64,000 bases of DNA, from NCBI GenBank assembly GCA_003693705.1, contig RBZT01000607.1:15778-79777 (forward strand), read 5' to 3'. The stretch comes from Polymyxa betae A26-41. Taxonomy: Eukaryota; Protista; Endomyxa: Phytomyxea. Made by a program: the position numbers and the translations under genes. Below the pieces are notes generated by a model. It did not search any database. It was not told the DNA's origin and was given only the letters and a program-made list of their open reading frames with translations. Shown one piece after another: positions 25,701 to 38,288 of the stretch (position 1 is its first letter; the number at the start of each line of letters is the position of its first letter).

Positions 25701-28700
25701 GACGAGATTGTTGTCGCTCATGAGACGGGTTCCGCGAGTCCATCCGATCACGGCGCCAACAACCGTGAGGAAATCGCTCCAGTCTTCCGACTCCCATCGA
25801 TTCAGCAACGACTCCAGACCGATCTTCGATTCCGAATAGAGACCATCGTTGCCGAAGACGCCGTGATTCGGAGACAACGGCAGAATGACCTGCGCAGGGC
25901 GCGTGCGCTGATTCAGCGATTGCTTCTTGGCGGCGACGTTCCCGAGAAGACGGTAGAGATTCGTCAACATGATCCGATGAGCGAGTTCCGATCGCGAATC
26001 GATGTTGAGCAGCGAACGGCCGTTCTCGGAGATCGCCGCGAATGGAATAATGTAGTCGAGGTCGACGCCGAGACCCTTCTTCGACGAATCGTAAATGAAG
26101 TCGATGAGGGCGTCCACATCCTGCTTCGAGCCTTGATTGAACTGCAATACGGTGAGACTCGATCCCGTCGAGCCATGATTCTCGTAAATCTCGCGGAAGT
26201 AATCGTGAACGGGTTTAAACAAACGAGAGGTGGTGGCGATAACCTGAGAGGAAAGGGTTAGGGTTTAGGGTTGGCAGAGAGCGATCATGGTCACCTTGGC
26301 ACCAGCAGCGAGAAGAGCTTTGACGAGATCGCCGCCGATCGATCCAGCGCCGCATCCCGTAACGAGAACGTTCTTGCCATGGAAAGAGACGCCGCCGACC
26401 ATGGACTCGAGAACATCGAAGAACGTGTTGGTCATGGATTGGTCGAAGGTCCATTGGCTCGGATCACGCTGATCGCGAGATGAAAGAAAGATTAAAGGTT
26501 GCTTGGCGCCGTCGCTGGAAAGCTTCATCTCGCGAACGTAATCTGCGAACGAGTTAACGCCAGGGCGATGGACTTCGCTGTAGACGGCGTCGCCGCTCTC
26601 AGCAATTGACATTCGCGGACCCGTCGGAATAGAAACTGAAAGAAAAAGTTAAAAACGGCAGCCGGGGTTAGGGTTTAGGGTTTACCTTCGCGATACAGAG
26701 GCAGGGCGCCCTGAGCGTCTTCGACGAGTTTAATGAGCGTTTGTGCGAAGGTTTTCGCCTGTTCGTTTCCGCGAGCAGGATCGAGAACGCGACACATCAG
26801 ATAGCGAAGATGCTGTACTAAGCGCCCGTTGGATCGATTGATCAATTGAAGGCATTCAGCAGAGACATCGCCATTGATGCGGCCGGAAACGAGGTCAAAC
26901 AGGACGCGAAAGGCTTCTTGATGCGACCAGTTCCAGTAGCTGTCGTATTGACGGATCTTCAACGGATCGAACGACGGTCGAATGCCTTCAGCGTAATCAG
27001 AGCCGTGCTCGGCGATCCAGAGATCGAGCTCGGTGACGGCCTGGCGATGAGCAGCTTCCTCTTTGTCGAGATCATCGTAGCCTTCGCGTAGATTCAAGCC
27101 GAGATAACGAGCGTGCGATTCGAGCTGATCGCGGATTTGAGCGTCCATTCGCAGCTGCATCTGGACGAGCTCGGCGCTGCTGACGGCCGCGACTTGAGCG
27201 TTTTGCGATTCCGACGACGACTGCAATGAGACGACGACGCCCGTCATCTTGCAGTAGGATTCGACAACCGATGAGATCCAGAGCTGGACGTCGCTTTCGG
27301 AGGATAAACGGCTGCTGGGCTCCATGGTGACTGCATGAAGCAGAACGCCATCGGATCGCTGAGGACCCAGACCGTACGATTTCGAGAGCAGCGATTTGAC
27401 GGCGGACAGCCCGAAACCGGCGGGAAACTTGTTGCTGAGCAGCTTGTTCACCAATCCGGTCGTGTAGCTGCCGAGAGCGCCGTTATGAACCGGAGCCAGA
27501 AGAGCGGCTAATGCATCCAGAGGGAGTTCCTCGGATTTGTCGGGAACCAGATCGCTGCCGAACTCTTTCGCCAGATCTCCGAGCATCTCGTTCTGCATGG
27601 TGGATTTGCCGCCGACAACGTCCTTGATCGATTGATTTAGAGCAACGTTGGGAGCAGAGCGTTTCAGCTTATGAGCGATGATGGAGCGAAGAACTTCCGA
27701 TGCGGAAATGGGAGCATCACTGAAAGCAAACAATGTCAGAAACAGGTTCGAAAGTAGGAGCAAACCAGACCGTTTCCTTAGGGTTCTAAACCCTAACCCC
27801 CCATGAACAAATAAAACAGAAAGAAACAGGATGAACAAGTAAAACCGATAAAAACACGATAAAAAGATAAAACACGATGAAAATATAAAAATAATCAAGA
27901 TGAAGATAAATGGCCAAATCTTACGTAATGGGCGCTACTGACGAAGCAGCGGGAGCACTAACTTGGACAGGAGCAGCGACAGGAACAGATGGCGCGGAAG
28001 CAGCAGCAGGCGCTGGATTAGCTTCCTGAGCGGGAGCAGCAGGCGCCTCTGTTTCCACATTCTCGAAATAGATCGCATCGCGATCGCGAACGTAACACAG
28101 ATTCGAACGACGAATGCTATTAGCGACATCGACTCTTCCGAACTTCGCCTTCAGCGTCTTGTCGGCCATACCGCTGAGAACCGGTCCAGGACCGATCTCG
28201 ATCACGCGCTCAGCTCGGCACGTTGTGTACAGCTGAACCTGTGTTTGAATCCATAAAACCGGAGACGCGAACTGATACGCCAACAGTTCGATCAACAGAA
28301 TGCGACAGAGTTGCTGCTGCTCCGAAGGCGTCGAGTACGACTCGTCCGTCCAGGCTTCGAGAATCGTCTGTAAAGTTTCGCTGTTGGTCGCCTTGTAGAC
28401 GCGCTCGATATAATCGGGCGTGAGATCGAACGGCTCGGCGATTACGTTGGGAATGTAGCGATGACGAAGGAGGCTGACATCGATGAGCGATTCTTTGATA
28501 CGCGAGGAGAGATAATGACGGAAGGCAGGGACGCCGGATTTCAGGAAATTCGAATGGAAAGGGACGTCGATTCCAGCGAGGGGAATCGAGGCGAATCCAC
28601 GCTGCAAAGCGACGAACGACGTGCCGGGTTCGCAACGAGATTTGACGCCCTGGACGATTTGCGCAACGCGAGGAGAAACGCGACGAGCGATTTCGGTCGG

Positions 28701-31700
28701 CGAAAGATCCAAAAGCAATTTCAGATCGTATTTGCCCGAGCTGAACAAGTTCAGAATCTCCTTGAGCGTCTCGAGACTGATCAGGTCGCCGGCGACGACG
28801 TATTGTTGACCTTCGACGTTGTAGTTGACGATCTCCAGCAATCCCTTCGATTCGATGCCGATGAAGCTGACGACCATCTGGAGCATTCGCTCATTGAACA
28901 GCTTCGGATTGACGCGCATCGGGTTGACCGCCACCATTCCATAGTTGGAGCGTCCGTTCGAATCGCGAGGAACAGCCGATTGCATGCTGAGGCCACGATA
29001 GAATACGACGTCCACCAACGTCTCGATCGAGAGGACATCCGCGACCGATGTCAAAGCGCTGTATTCACCGAGAGAGTGACCAGCGAAGGCGCAATCAGCA
29101 GGAATGAGTCCCTTCGATTTCATGTCCTCGAACGCAGCCTTCTCCATCAATGTTAACGCCGGCTGTGTGAACTGCGTCGACGACAGCAGCCCATCGGGCG
29201 ACACGAACGTGTAGCTTTCGGTGTGTTCGGTGATCTCCGGGAACAGCGGCTTCTTCACGGACGCGCCATCGGGCAGGACGACATCGACGGACAGCGCCTG
29301 ATAGTTGCTGCGGATCTTCGCGCCGCGACGATTGCCGAAATACACGGTGCGCTGCGTCGGGTTGTTCCGAACGATATCGAGAATAGAGACGCCGTACAGG
29401 TCCATGAAATGTTTGTCCGCACGGTCCCAGATCGAGCGGGCGATGGGCGACGAGTCGTACAGGTCCATGCCCATGCCTTTCGACTGCGATCCTTGACCGG
29501 TGAACACGAACGCCGTCGGCGGTTGATCGACCTCGGCGGTGCCTTCCAGTACGACCGAGCCGTCCTCTTTAACGGTGACGATTTTGATCAGCTTCTTGCC
29601 ATCTTCCATGCCGATGTGCGTCAATCGGGTTTCGAGCTTCTCGTCCGGCAGAAGCATGCTGACGAAATTGACGGAATAGGCGCGGACGGCGTCGGGTTTG
29701 TTGTCGGCAGCGAACATCTCCACCCATTTCTTCGTGGCGGCGCTCGTCCACATTCCATGCGTGATGGTGCCGGGAAGTTCAGCGAGCGCAGCGACGTAGG
29801 CATTGGTGTGGATGGGATTGACGTCGCCGGAGACACGAGCGTAGGCCGAATTGCACGAGGGCGACGAGAACGCCGACGAGAATGCCGCAGCCGCCGGAAT
29901 CACGGAATATCCGCCCGAAGCGAACAAATGCTTCGGATCGAGATTCGATCCGTGACGCGCCAGGTACTGCACGACCGGGTCGCCGTAGCTGATACCGCTC
30001 TTCTCGTAGGAAACGTGGCCGATCGCGACCGATTCTGTGCCGGAGATGAGCATGGAGACGGTCCCGTTGGTGATCACTTTGCTATAGGCGGATTGATCGG
30101 CGTATTCGTAATACGAATCCAGGCGGAAGACGAGCGTGGATCCGACACCGATTGCGGGAGCTCCGGGCGTTGCGACGAACCACGGACGCGATTCGAGAAC
30201 GGAAACGTCGTCCTGAGTCTTCAGCTCGACATTGACGGGATTGTGGGCGATTCTCTCGAACGTGTTCTGGAAGTCGGAGAAGGAGCCGCGATAACAGAAT
30301 CGGGTGACGACTTCAATGACAGGTTTGGAATTGCAGAAGACGGTGCCCTTCACTTGCAGAATCTTTCCAGATTTCGTGTTGACGACCGACTCGATCTGCG
30401 AAGAGGCGTGGACAACGTCGCCTTCGCGTAATCCGTTCACAGCGGGATCCAGCATGCGGAAGCTGTTCGAAAGGTGAACGAGCTTGAGAATGTCGGCGTC
30501 GATGAACTCGGCGAAAAGCGCGCAGATGATGCTCTTCCAGCCGGCGACGATCGCGTAATCCATCGGAGCGGACAGCTGGTCTTGGGCAACATACGACTCG
30601 GCCTGATTTCCGACACAGCGGCAGAATGACAAAATGTCGCCGCGAGTGATCGTGTGCTCAGCAGAAACGAATTTCGAGTCGCGGTCGTACATTGGAATGG
30701 GCAATTCTCCAACCCAAAGGCGGTAGTAAAACTCCTTAATGCGATCATTGCGACCCTGCAAACAACTTAGAAAACAAACCTCTGCATGATAAACAAACAA
30801 ACCTCCATAATTTCATGAATCGGCGCGTAAGCTTGGCCAGGAACATATTCGAACTTGAGAACGAGCTCGGCCGATCCACGATCTCCGCTTTCGAAAAACG
30901 AGACGTCAATCAAAGGAGACGAAAAGGTGGCTCGGACGAAAACGGCATCGCCTTCGCGAATTTCGATACCGATTGGGTTGGAATCGTCACCAAATTCAAC
31001 CTTGATCACCTGGCCACGACGAGGCCCGAAAACACGTTGAAACGGATTCGGAGAAGAGCGTTTTCCTTGGAAGATCGATTTGGAAGTGAGCAGCGAACGC
31101 AGCCAGCTCGCAGAAGGTCCGCTGACGAAGTCGAGCCATTCGTCGGGTTCAGGAAGACGGGCATCGCTTTGCGAAAGATAATAGGTGGTCGAACGCTGGT
31201 TGGACGAGAGAGCAACGCCTTGAGGAACGCAGCGCCGTTTCGAGTTTCCAGAATCGCCGAGAAACTCAACAACCGGGACCATGTTGAGATCGTTGTTGTA
31301 TTGCCGCTCGAGAAGAGCTGCAATATGACCTTCAACAATCGAGTCCATGATGACGCCGACAGGCTCGTCAACGACACGAGAATGTTTGACGGCAACAGGA
31401 CCTTGGAGAATGCAGACTCGTTGCGGATCGTGATCGACAACAGCATCGAGGTCTTCAGCTTGCCAAAGACTATCCTTCTTGAACCAGGTCTCGAAGCTTT
31501 GGTCCAAAACCGGGATGAAGGGGACGGGCTTTTGGCCGCGCCGCGAACAGATCGTGAAGAAGTAACCAACATCCTCGCTGGTCAGCAGCTGTTTCGTCGC
31601 CTGAGGGAACTTCTTGGCGAAAAGCGACACGATCGAATCGGGCTGAAGCAGGTCGTCGGCGGATTGCAACAGGCTCTGATCAGATGCGTCCAGAAAGCGC

Positions 31701-34700
31701 TCCTGAATGCGGATTAAGAAGTCGAAGACGATGGTGCGGTAGCTCGAATGGATCCATCCATGATTGTTGTACCGGACGAACATCAGCTCGATCATGCGAT
31801 TGACGACCTCCAGATAGGTCATGTCTTGAACATCAGCGACGGAGCCGTCCGAGCGACGACCGAACCAGGGCTTCTGGAAATCAGCATTAAGGCGCTTGAT
31901 GATATAATCCTTCTTGTTGACGAGAGCAGCTGCGCGTTTCTCAGGCGTCAAACTGAAGATCGTATCGTCGAACTCTTTCCAGAGCAAAACGCCGCGGGTC
32001 GCCACCTTGTGAATTGGCTCTCCCAGCTCGCTCTTAACCGTGATCACGCCACCGGTGACTTTCTCGTAACTTTCGACCCATTTGGATTCGTCTTCGATAC
32101 CGCTGGCGGCGACGATACAGTCCTTGGCGCCTTTGCTGGTTTTGGCTTCGCGAGCGACCATCAGCCGTGATCCCATTAGAAGGCCATCCACAGGCATGGA
32201 AGGATATCCGAAAGGAACGCTCCATTCTCCGGTAAGATAACGAAGCGAGCCATCGGCGTCACCGATTCCGCTGCCGAACACGAGAATCAGGTTGGACTGG
32301 CGACGAATGCTCGAATACGTCTCGAGGAGAGGAAGATGGGCGTCTTCAAAGCCATGATGACCTCCAGCACGTCCTCCGGTCCATTGAAGAATGACGGGGA
32401 AATCGGGACAAGCGCTCGCTATGCGAACGACTTGCTGGATGGCATCGATGCTTCCGGGCTTGAAAGCGATATGTTTCAAGCCGGCGTCTTTCATAGCGTT
32501 GACGATCTCGATGGCTTTCTCGTGCGAAGGAACACCCGCAGCCACGCAAATGCCTTCGATTGGAACACCTTCTTTCTTCATACGAAGAGCGAGAGGGAAC
32601 TGGAATCCCCATTGCGCTTGGTTCAGGTAGAGGATGTTCAATGTGATCGACTCTCCGGCGGGAACTTGTCGGAGGATGTCATCAATGGTACGACGAAGAG
32701 ATCCTTCATTGTAGTGTCCACCACCGGCGAGTTCAACGTGATAGCCGGCGTTCACCGTAGCAGCAACGAATTGAGAGTTGACAGTCGTTGGGGTCATGCC
32801 AGCCACCATCAACGGCGGTTTCCCAACAACGCGACTGAAACCGGTGTCAAGGCGAACTTTCCCATCGCTAAAAACAAAAAATCAATAAATATCATTCGGT
32901 GGTTTGCGATGACGTACTGTTTTGTTCGGACCAGCTTGGGACGATATTCGTTCTTCCAGTTAACGGAGCGGATCGGGGTGGAGGCATCGTGCAGAAACTG
33001 GGTCTTGGTCATGAACGAATTGTTTGTGGAGTCCAACGATCCCATTAGGACGATTTGGACGCCGGTGCCATCCAGATTACGATGCGTTAGAGCGCCGATG
33101 CCGGTTGAACCACCAGGCCCGAAATCAAGGATATGAGTAGCGCCGGTAGATGATGAGGCTTTCTCCCAGAGGACAGGTTTGCAGCAGATTTGTTCGGCGA
33201 GTGAAAGGGAGAGATTCTCACTGAAGCGAAGATCAACGCCAGAATCCGTGGAATAGACCGGAACAGAAAGCTTTTCAGCTGGAAAACTGAGGTCGAAGCG
33301 CTCGATATCATCAGCGATGAGGTCGAGAGCGTCTTTCAGAAAGTCGGTGTGAAACGGAACCGAAATCGAAAGGAATCTGGTCGAAAGCTTCAAGAGGCGT
33401 TTGTTGAAGGGAACGCGGCTCTCATCTTGTCCAGGTTTCGCTTCCATCTTGAGGAGCGCCACGTTCAAGCCGTGCAAACTCTGCGGATGCCCAGCGCAAA
33501 CGAACGCTCGTGGACCGTTGAGAAGCGAGACGATTATACGGCGGTTGCCAGGGAGAAGGTTGTTGTGCTCGTTAACCAGCTTGAGGAGAACGTCGTAACT
33601 CAGGTTGGTTACCGACAACATCGGAGTCGGAGCGCCATCATCGCTATCGAAAGATTCCTTGAGAATGTTGGGACTGAGCGTTGTCACAGGATAGGTTTGC
33701 TGGGAGCGGCAACCGATCCAGAACAGCAGCAACAGAGCACGTCGAGAGTTTTCGAAAAACTCTTCCTCGGTGTCGGAAGCAGAAATAGCGACCGCAGCAA
33801 CAATTCCTTGAGAATGACCGGCGGCGCCTGAAAAACATTTGAGTGAAATTAAATGAAAAAAAAATGCGAAAATACCGATGAAATAGCTCTTCAACTGCTT
33901 GGGGGAAATGTCCAAGATTTTGAACAGCACGTAATAGTTGAGGAGCTGCGACAGGCCGATCAGGGGCAGGCTGACTGGAGCGGCGATAAGATAATCCGAT
34001 GAGGGACGATGTTCAGGGGAATGAATCCATGTTAGAACATCGAGCCCATCAGGATAGAGCTCCATCGCGAGAGGGTGCGAAGCTTGCGAACGCAATGCAT
34101 TGGCCATCTTCTCAACGTATTGGTCAACAAATACGGGGTATGTCTTGACGATATCGAGGAGCTCGTCAAAATAGTAATCGGCACCTTGGCCTCCAAAAAT
34201 GGCGAGCAAGGATGCTTTGCCATCCTTGGAAGCTTGGAACAATCCCGGTTTGGGTGCAGCCAAAACGTCGACGGTTGGCGAACCAGGATCTGGCGACTTA
34301 ACGTTTAATGGAAGCTGTCCGAGCTGTCGAAGGCACCAACTAGATTTGTAGAAGACACCAATGACGAATTGCCGAAGCGGAAGAGGAAGGTTTTGGCTCG
34401 CAGCATGGACATTGTTGTTACGTTGCAGGAATTGCAAGCAATATTCTTGCAGCAACGAGGTCAGGATGCGCTTAGATGTTGCCAAGGGAATATCGATCTT
34501 TGCGTGAAGGATCTGAAAGACGACGAATTGCAGGAAGCATGTAGCGAGACGAACCCGACGTTCTTGCTCGGTAGTGGCGATAACACCATTGAAATGCTGA
34601 ACGACATCTTCATGCATGAAACGATCCCGAAACAGATCGGCAGCGTGAAAATCTTGGGTTATGATCGGAAAGCTGACATACACTGGTGGCTCCATCGTCG

Positions 34701-34872
34701 TCTCGTCAATCGACAGCAGTCGGTTCGAAATGGCACTGGGCGCGCCAAGCACAGACTTCGGAGAAGTATCGGCATCAACGAACTTATCGAGCGTCAGCGG
34801 GTGATGCACGCCTGCCATGGATGCAGGGCCGTTGCCCAGCGTGGCGAGGCCGAATTCCGTTCCAAACGTCAT
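22710..34872 (-). CDS. FAS: Single-chain fungal-type type I fatty acid synthase (AT-ER-DH-MPT-ACP-KR-KS-PPT), 7 exons (34872-33876, 33827-32918, 32867-30803, 30755-27925, 27719-26686, 26635-26295, 26243-22710), 3903 aa
   Basis: Motifs: AT GHSQG, ER GGRAGGHH, DH SGDVNPIH, MPT GHSLGEY, ACP GGKSTMQNE, KR VTGCGAGSIG, KS GACATA/HGTGT/GHPKGAA, PPT FAGRWCAKEAVLKS. Six GT-AG introns (48, 50, 47, 205, 50, 51 nt) give 11712 nt in frame. Confidence 0.97.
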
Positions 34873-34959
34873 GGAGACGGAGAAGCAAGATTCAATTGAT
34901 CCTGCGAGTGGTTACGTCGTGACGGCAATCGATAGCGCCGCCACGGCGTACTGGGGATG

Positions 34960-35385
34960 CAATGTCACGCAACTGGGGAACGCGGTGACCTATCTCCAAG
35001 TCATAGCATGCCACTACGTGCCTTAACCCCGTCACCACTGTGTCTAGTCATGGCAAACCGAGTGAAGACGCGGCCTCGCCACGCAAGTGATGCGCGACTG
35101 GGCGACGCGGTGGCCTGCTCCAAGTCGTAGCATCCTTGCTTCTAGTCATGTTGCCGAGAGGTGGCGCGGCCTCTCCACGCAAGTGATGCGCGACTGTGCG
35201 ACGCGGTGATCTATCTCCAAGTGGTGGCATGCACCACGTCCTCAACGCCGGCACCCCTGCGTCTAGTCATGTCGCCGAGCGGTGGCGCGGCCTCCTCGCG
35301 CAGGTGATGCGCGACTCGGCGACGCGGTGACCTATCTCCCAGTGGTAGCTTGCACCACGTTCCTCAACCCCGTCGTCCCTGCGTC
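34960..35385. repeat. Degenerate ~120-bp tandem repeat (~3.5 units) just upstream of FAS
   Basis: Recurring CGCGGTGACCTATCTCCAAGT...TCTAGTCATG...CGCGGCCTC..CGCAAGTGATGCGCGACT at ~34981, 35106, 35202 and 35323. Confidence 0.9.
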
Positions 35386-36353
35386 TTTTCATTTCGCCGA
35401 GCCGCGACCAGCCAGCGACACCATGCAAGTGAGTCGTCTACAGTAGGTACTCGTTTGCTTCCCGTCAGCGACAAACTTGGTGCTCTCTGAGTGGGTTGCG
35501 CTTCGGTTCTGTCTGTCTATCAAGCATGCAATCGGTTCGATGGACGTCCGATGCAGTTGCTTAGTGCTGGCTTGTTTTTCTGGTCGATGAAGGAATGTTG
35601 ATGCCGAACTACTTCCCTGCTCTGCCGGTTTGAGTTGGTAGGCTTCGGTAATGTCGCGAAGAAAAGCGTTCTGTTGCTCGACCAGCCTTTTATTGGCATT
35701 CTGATACATTGTTCTTTCTGAAGTCATGAAGCAGCTTTGCATTCGTTGGCCTTCTATCATGCTTGCAAAAATGCGATTATTTTCTCCACAAATGGTGTAG
35801 GAATATTACTTCGTTTTTTAAGTCATGAGGCTCAGTATGTATTTTCTAAAGATACTGGACAATAATTTGTGAATAAAATGAGTGGCTGGAAATTTCCCAA
35901 CATTCTCTCTCTGATTTTTTATATTTGCTGACGATGATTCGTATCGAAATCAGCTGCTTGACGATATCGGTATAGTATTCGCGCACCGAGTAAACGTTAA
36001 TCACCATGACGGCTACGACGCGAGCTACGACTTTTTTGCTGAAATTGAAACCCTGGATTCTGAACAACAACGTTTAAGGTTTTCAACGAATAGACCTGCG
36101 ATGTGCACTTTGCTCAGGCTGCTGCAATCCAAAGTTCCGTTCTAGCTGGTTGCATTGCTATGTTCTTTATATTTCCAACTTTATGTTTTCCCACTAAATA
36201 TTGCTGCAGCTTGATGCGCTTCCTGTTCGCTCGAATCCCTAAAATCGTCGCAGAACGACGTCACAACACTTGTTCGACTAATGGTAATATGCCACTGCAT
36301 TTCGTGGACTTGTTCGACCGCCCTGAACGCAGAATTATCTCCGAAAATGTTAA

Positions 36354-36463
36354 GTAGGAGAACCTGGACCTCGGTTCAGGCCCCGCACTAGGGTTATTGT
36401 GCCGCCCACTCCGCCGAACGGTGCGAACAAATAGTGCAATCCAATCCAAATCCAATCCAATCC
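36354..36463 (+). mobile_element. Short LINE/SINE-like 3' end with (AATCC)n tail
   Basis: AGGAGA..CCCCGCACTAGGGTTA..GTGCCGCCCAC plus the tail, shared with the LINE at 13299. Confidence 0.8.
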
Positions 36464-36593
36464 TTAGGGCGGCCTGAAATTTCGTGGTGGCGGAATCATG
36501 TTTGCACGCGAGCCTGAAAGGCGGGCTGCGCGGAGCGCAGCCTTCTGCGCGGGTTCACGTTACATCTGGGGGTGAGTGCGGCCGCAGATCTCT

Positions 36594-38090
36594 ATGAAGC
36601 CGCTGCCCGCCTTTCGGGCTGTGGTCGTCGTCGTGCTGGCCCTGCTGCCCTCCGAGCTCAGTGCAGGGAAGATCTGCGATCTGCTCTGCCTTCCGTGGCT
36701 TCGAGCAGCTGACAATGCCAACGTCCCGACCCCCCAGCCCAGCTGTGAAGTTCTCTCCCTCGTCCTCGACCATATCGGCTATGATCCGCCCGTACTGGCC
36801 CGCTTGGCGTATGTGTCGTCGACTTTCTGCGAGATGGTTTCGGAGTATGCCCTGGATCCGCTTTGTGAGCAGATTCGGAGGGAGGTTGTCGTGTCTCTGT
36901 TCGATCCTGAATTGCTGCGATTCGGGTTTCAACATCGCCTGCAAGTTGTAATGGGAGAGAGACCTGCCAGGGAGGTCTATTCGGAGAACCATCCCATGAG
37001 ACATCTCCGTCATCCATCACCATTAGTTATCAGTATTCTGAAATCCGAGCTAACTGAGCCCCGAATCTTTTATCTGTCTCATCGTCTATCACACATCTAT
37101 CCAGTATTCCGCACATTTGTGAAAAAATGTGTTGATTTTTTCGTACAGAAACTGGATTGCCGATTACTGGCTGGATATATGATGGGGAATATGTTAGCGG
37201 CCCAGTGCTATAGTGATCCAACCGACCTGAGACAACAGGATTCAAGCAAAGCCAATTTACTCAAAACCGTTCTCTTGCCTCATTATGATCTATCTTTACT
37301 GGATCGTTTACCTCCATTTGTGTCCGAAAATGCTCGGAGCGGTTGGTTCTCTCCACAATGTCCCCGAACTCAGATCAGGAAATTCTCTTCGCCTGAAATC
37401 AAAGTCCTTCCGGGACGATTGAAAACCTATTGTCAAAGATACGATCTGAATGATGCTCGTGATTCCATCATCGAGAAACATTTCGATCAGCTCTGTGAGG
37501 ATCCTTCTCTGCTCTCGTATCTCTATCAGATCGGGATAGTATTCCCTCTGAGCCTGGTCTTTTATCCGAACCAGGACGAGGTCAAAGTCGGTCCGACCTT
37601 CCCATTATTCCAATTTCGTCGTATGGCTCGTTATCTCCATGCTGACAGCCATCTGCTTGAGCGTCTCCCGGATCTGGTCTATTGGAGCCGGTACGACCTG
37701 CTTGACGAGGTCCTCTGCCATCGATTTTGGGTCAACCGAAATGCTGCGCTCGACGTCCCTACGCTCTACGTCTATCTGTTCGCTCATGTCGCTCTCAAAT
37801 TCGGACTTTTATCGACGCTGGGCTTGTTGCTCGCGCATCCCGAAGTGCCGTTCCAAATCCACGGAGAACTTCTTCAATTGGAAACTCAGGAGCTGGATTT
37901 GCTGGATCCGGATTTAGCTATCCGTAAGCTGATCATCTTGCTACAGAGTAATTTTGAGGATCTCCGAGACAATGCCCCTTACCTGGGCCTCGACGGTCAC
38001 CGATATCAACCGGACCTCGTCGATCTGGACCATGTCTTGTTTCATCTTGCACTTGAACGCGCCTCTACGCTCCGGACACATCTCTTATAA
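36594..38090 (+). CDS. Secreted protein with N-terminal F-box-like motif (family member 1), 498 aa
   Basis: Long open ORF with signal peptide MKPLPAFRAVVVVVLALLPSELSA, then PSCEVLSLVLDHIGYDPPVLARLAYVSSTFCEMV. Shares collinear motifs with 57221-58456. Confidence 0.8.
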   Translation: MKPLPAFRAVVVVVLALLPSELSAGKICDLLCLPWLRAADNANVPTPQPSCEVLSLVLDHIGYDPPVLARLAYVSSTFCEMVSEYALDPLCEQIRREVVVSLFDPELLRFGFQHRLQVVMGERPAREVYSENHPMRHLRHPSPLVISILKSELTEPRIFYLSHRLSHIYPVFRTFVKKCVDFFVQKLDCRLLAGYMMGNMLAAQCYSDPTDLRQQDSSKANLLKTVLLPHYDLSLLDRLPPFVSENARSGWFSPQCPRTQIRKFSSPEIKVLPGRLKTYCQRYDLNDARDSIIEKHFDQLCEDPSLLSYLYQIGIVFPLSLVFYPNQDEVKVGPTFPLFQFRRMARYLHADSHLLERLPDLVYWSRYDLLDEVLCHRFWVNRNAALDVPTLYVYLFAHVALKFGLLSTLGLLLAHPEVPFQIHGELLQLETQELDLLDPDLAIRKLIILLQSNFEDLRDNAPYLGLDGHRYQPDLVDLDHVLFHLALERASTLRTHLL

Positions 38091-38288
38091 CATAAACGTT
38101 CAATTTTTCTTGCACAATCCCGCTGGTCCGCGTCATTATGGAGCATAATATTCAGTAGTAAATGTAACATTACAGCACCTGGAAGTTGATTTTGTAACAA
38201 GAACGATCCAGATGGGTAACATTAACAGATTTTTATTGCCCATAACTTTCTGAGCCATTATATTATACAAAAATGTATCGTAGACGGA

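Noticed and set aside
22680-34899. Long plus-strand ORFs (442, 331, 402, 300 aa and others) over FAS
   Set aside because: Antisense shadows of a GC-biased coding strand, with no recognisable domains
20289-35385. CRISPR interpretation of the 50-bp and 120-bp repeats
   Set aside because: No unique spacers, no cas genes, and a eukaryotic context
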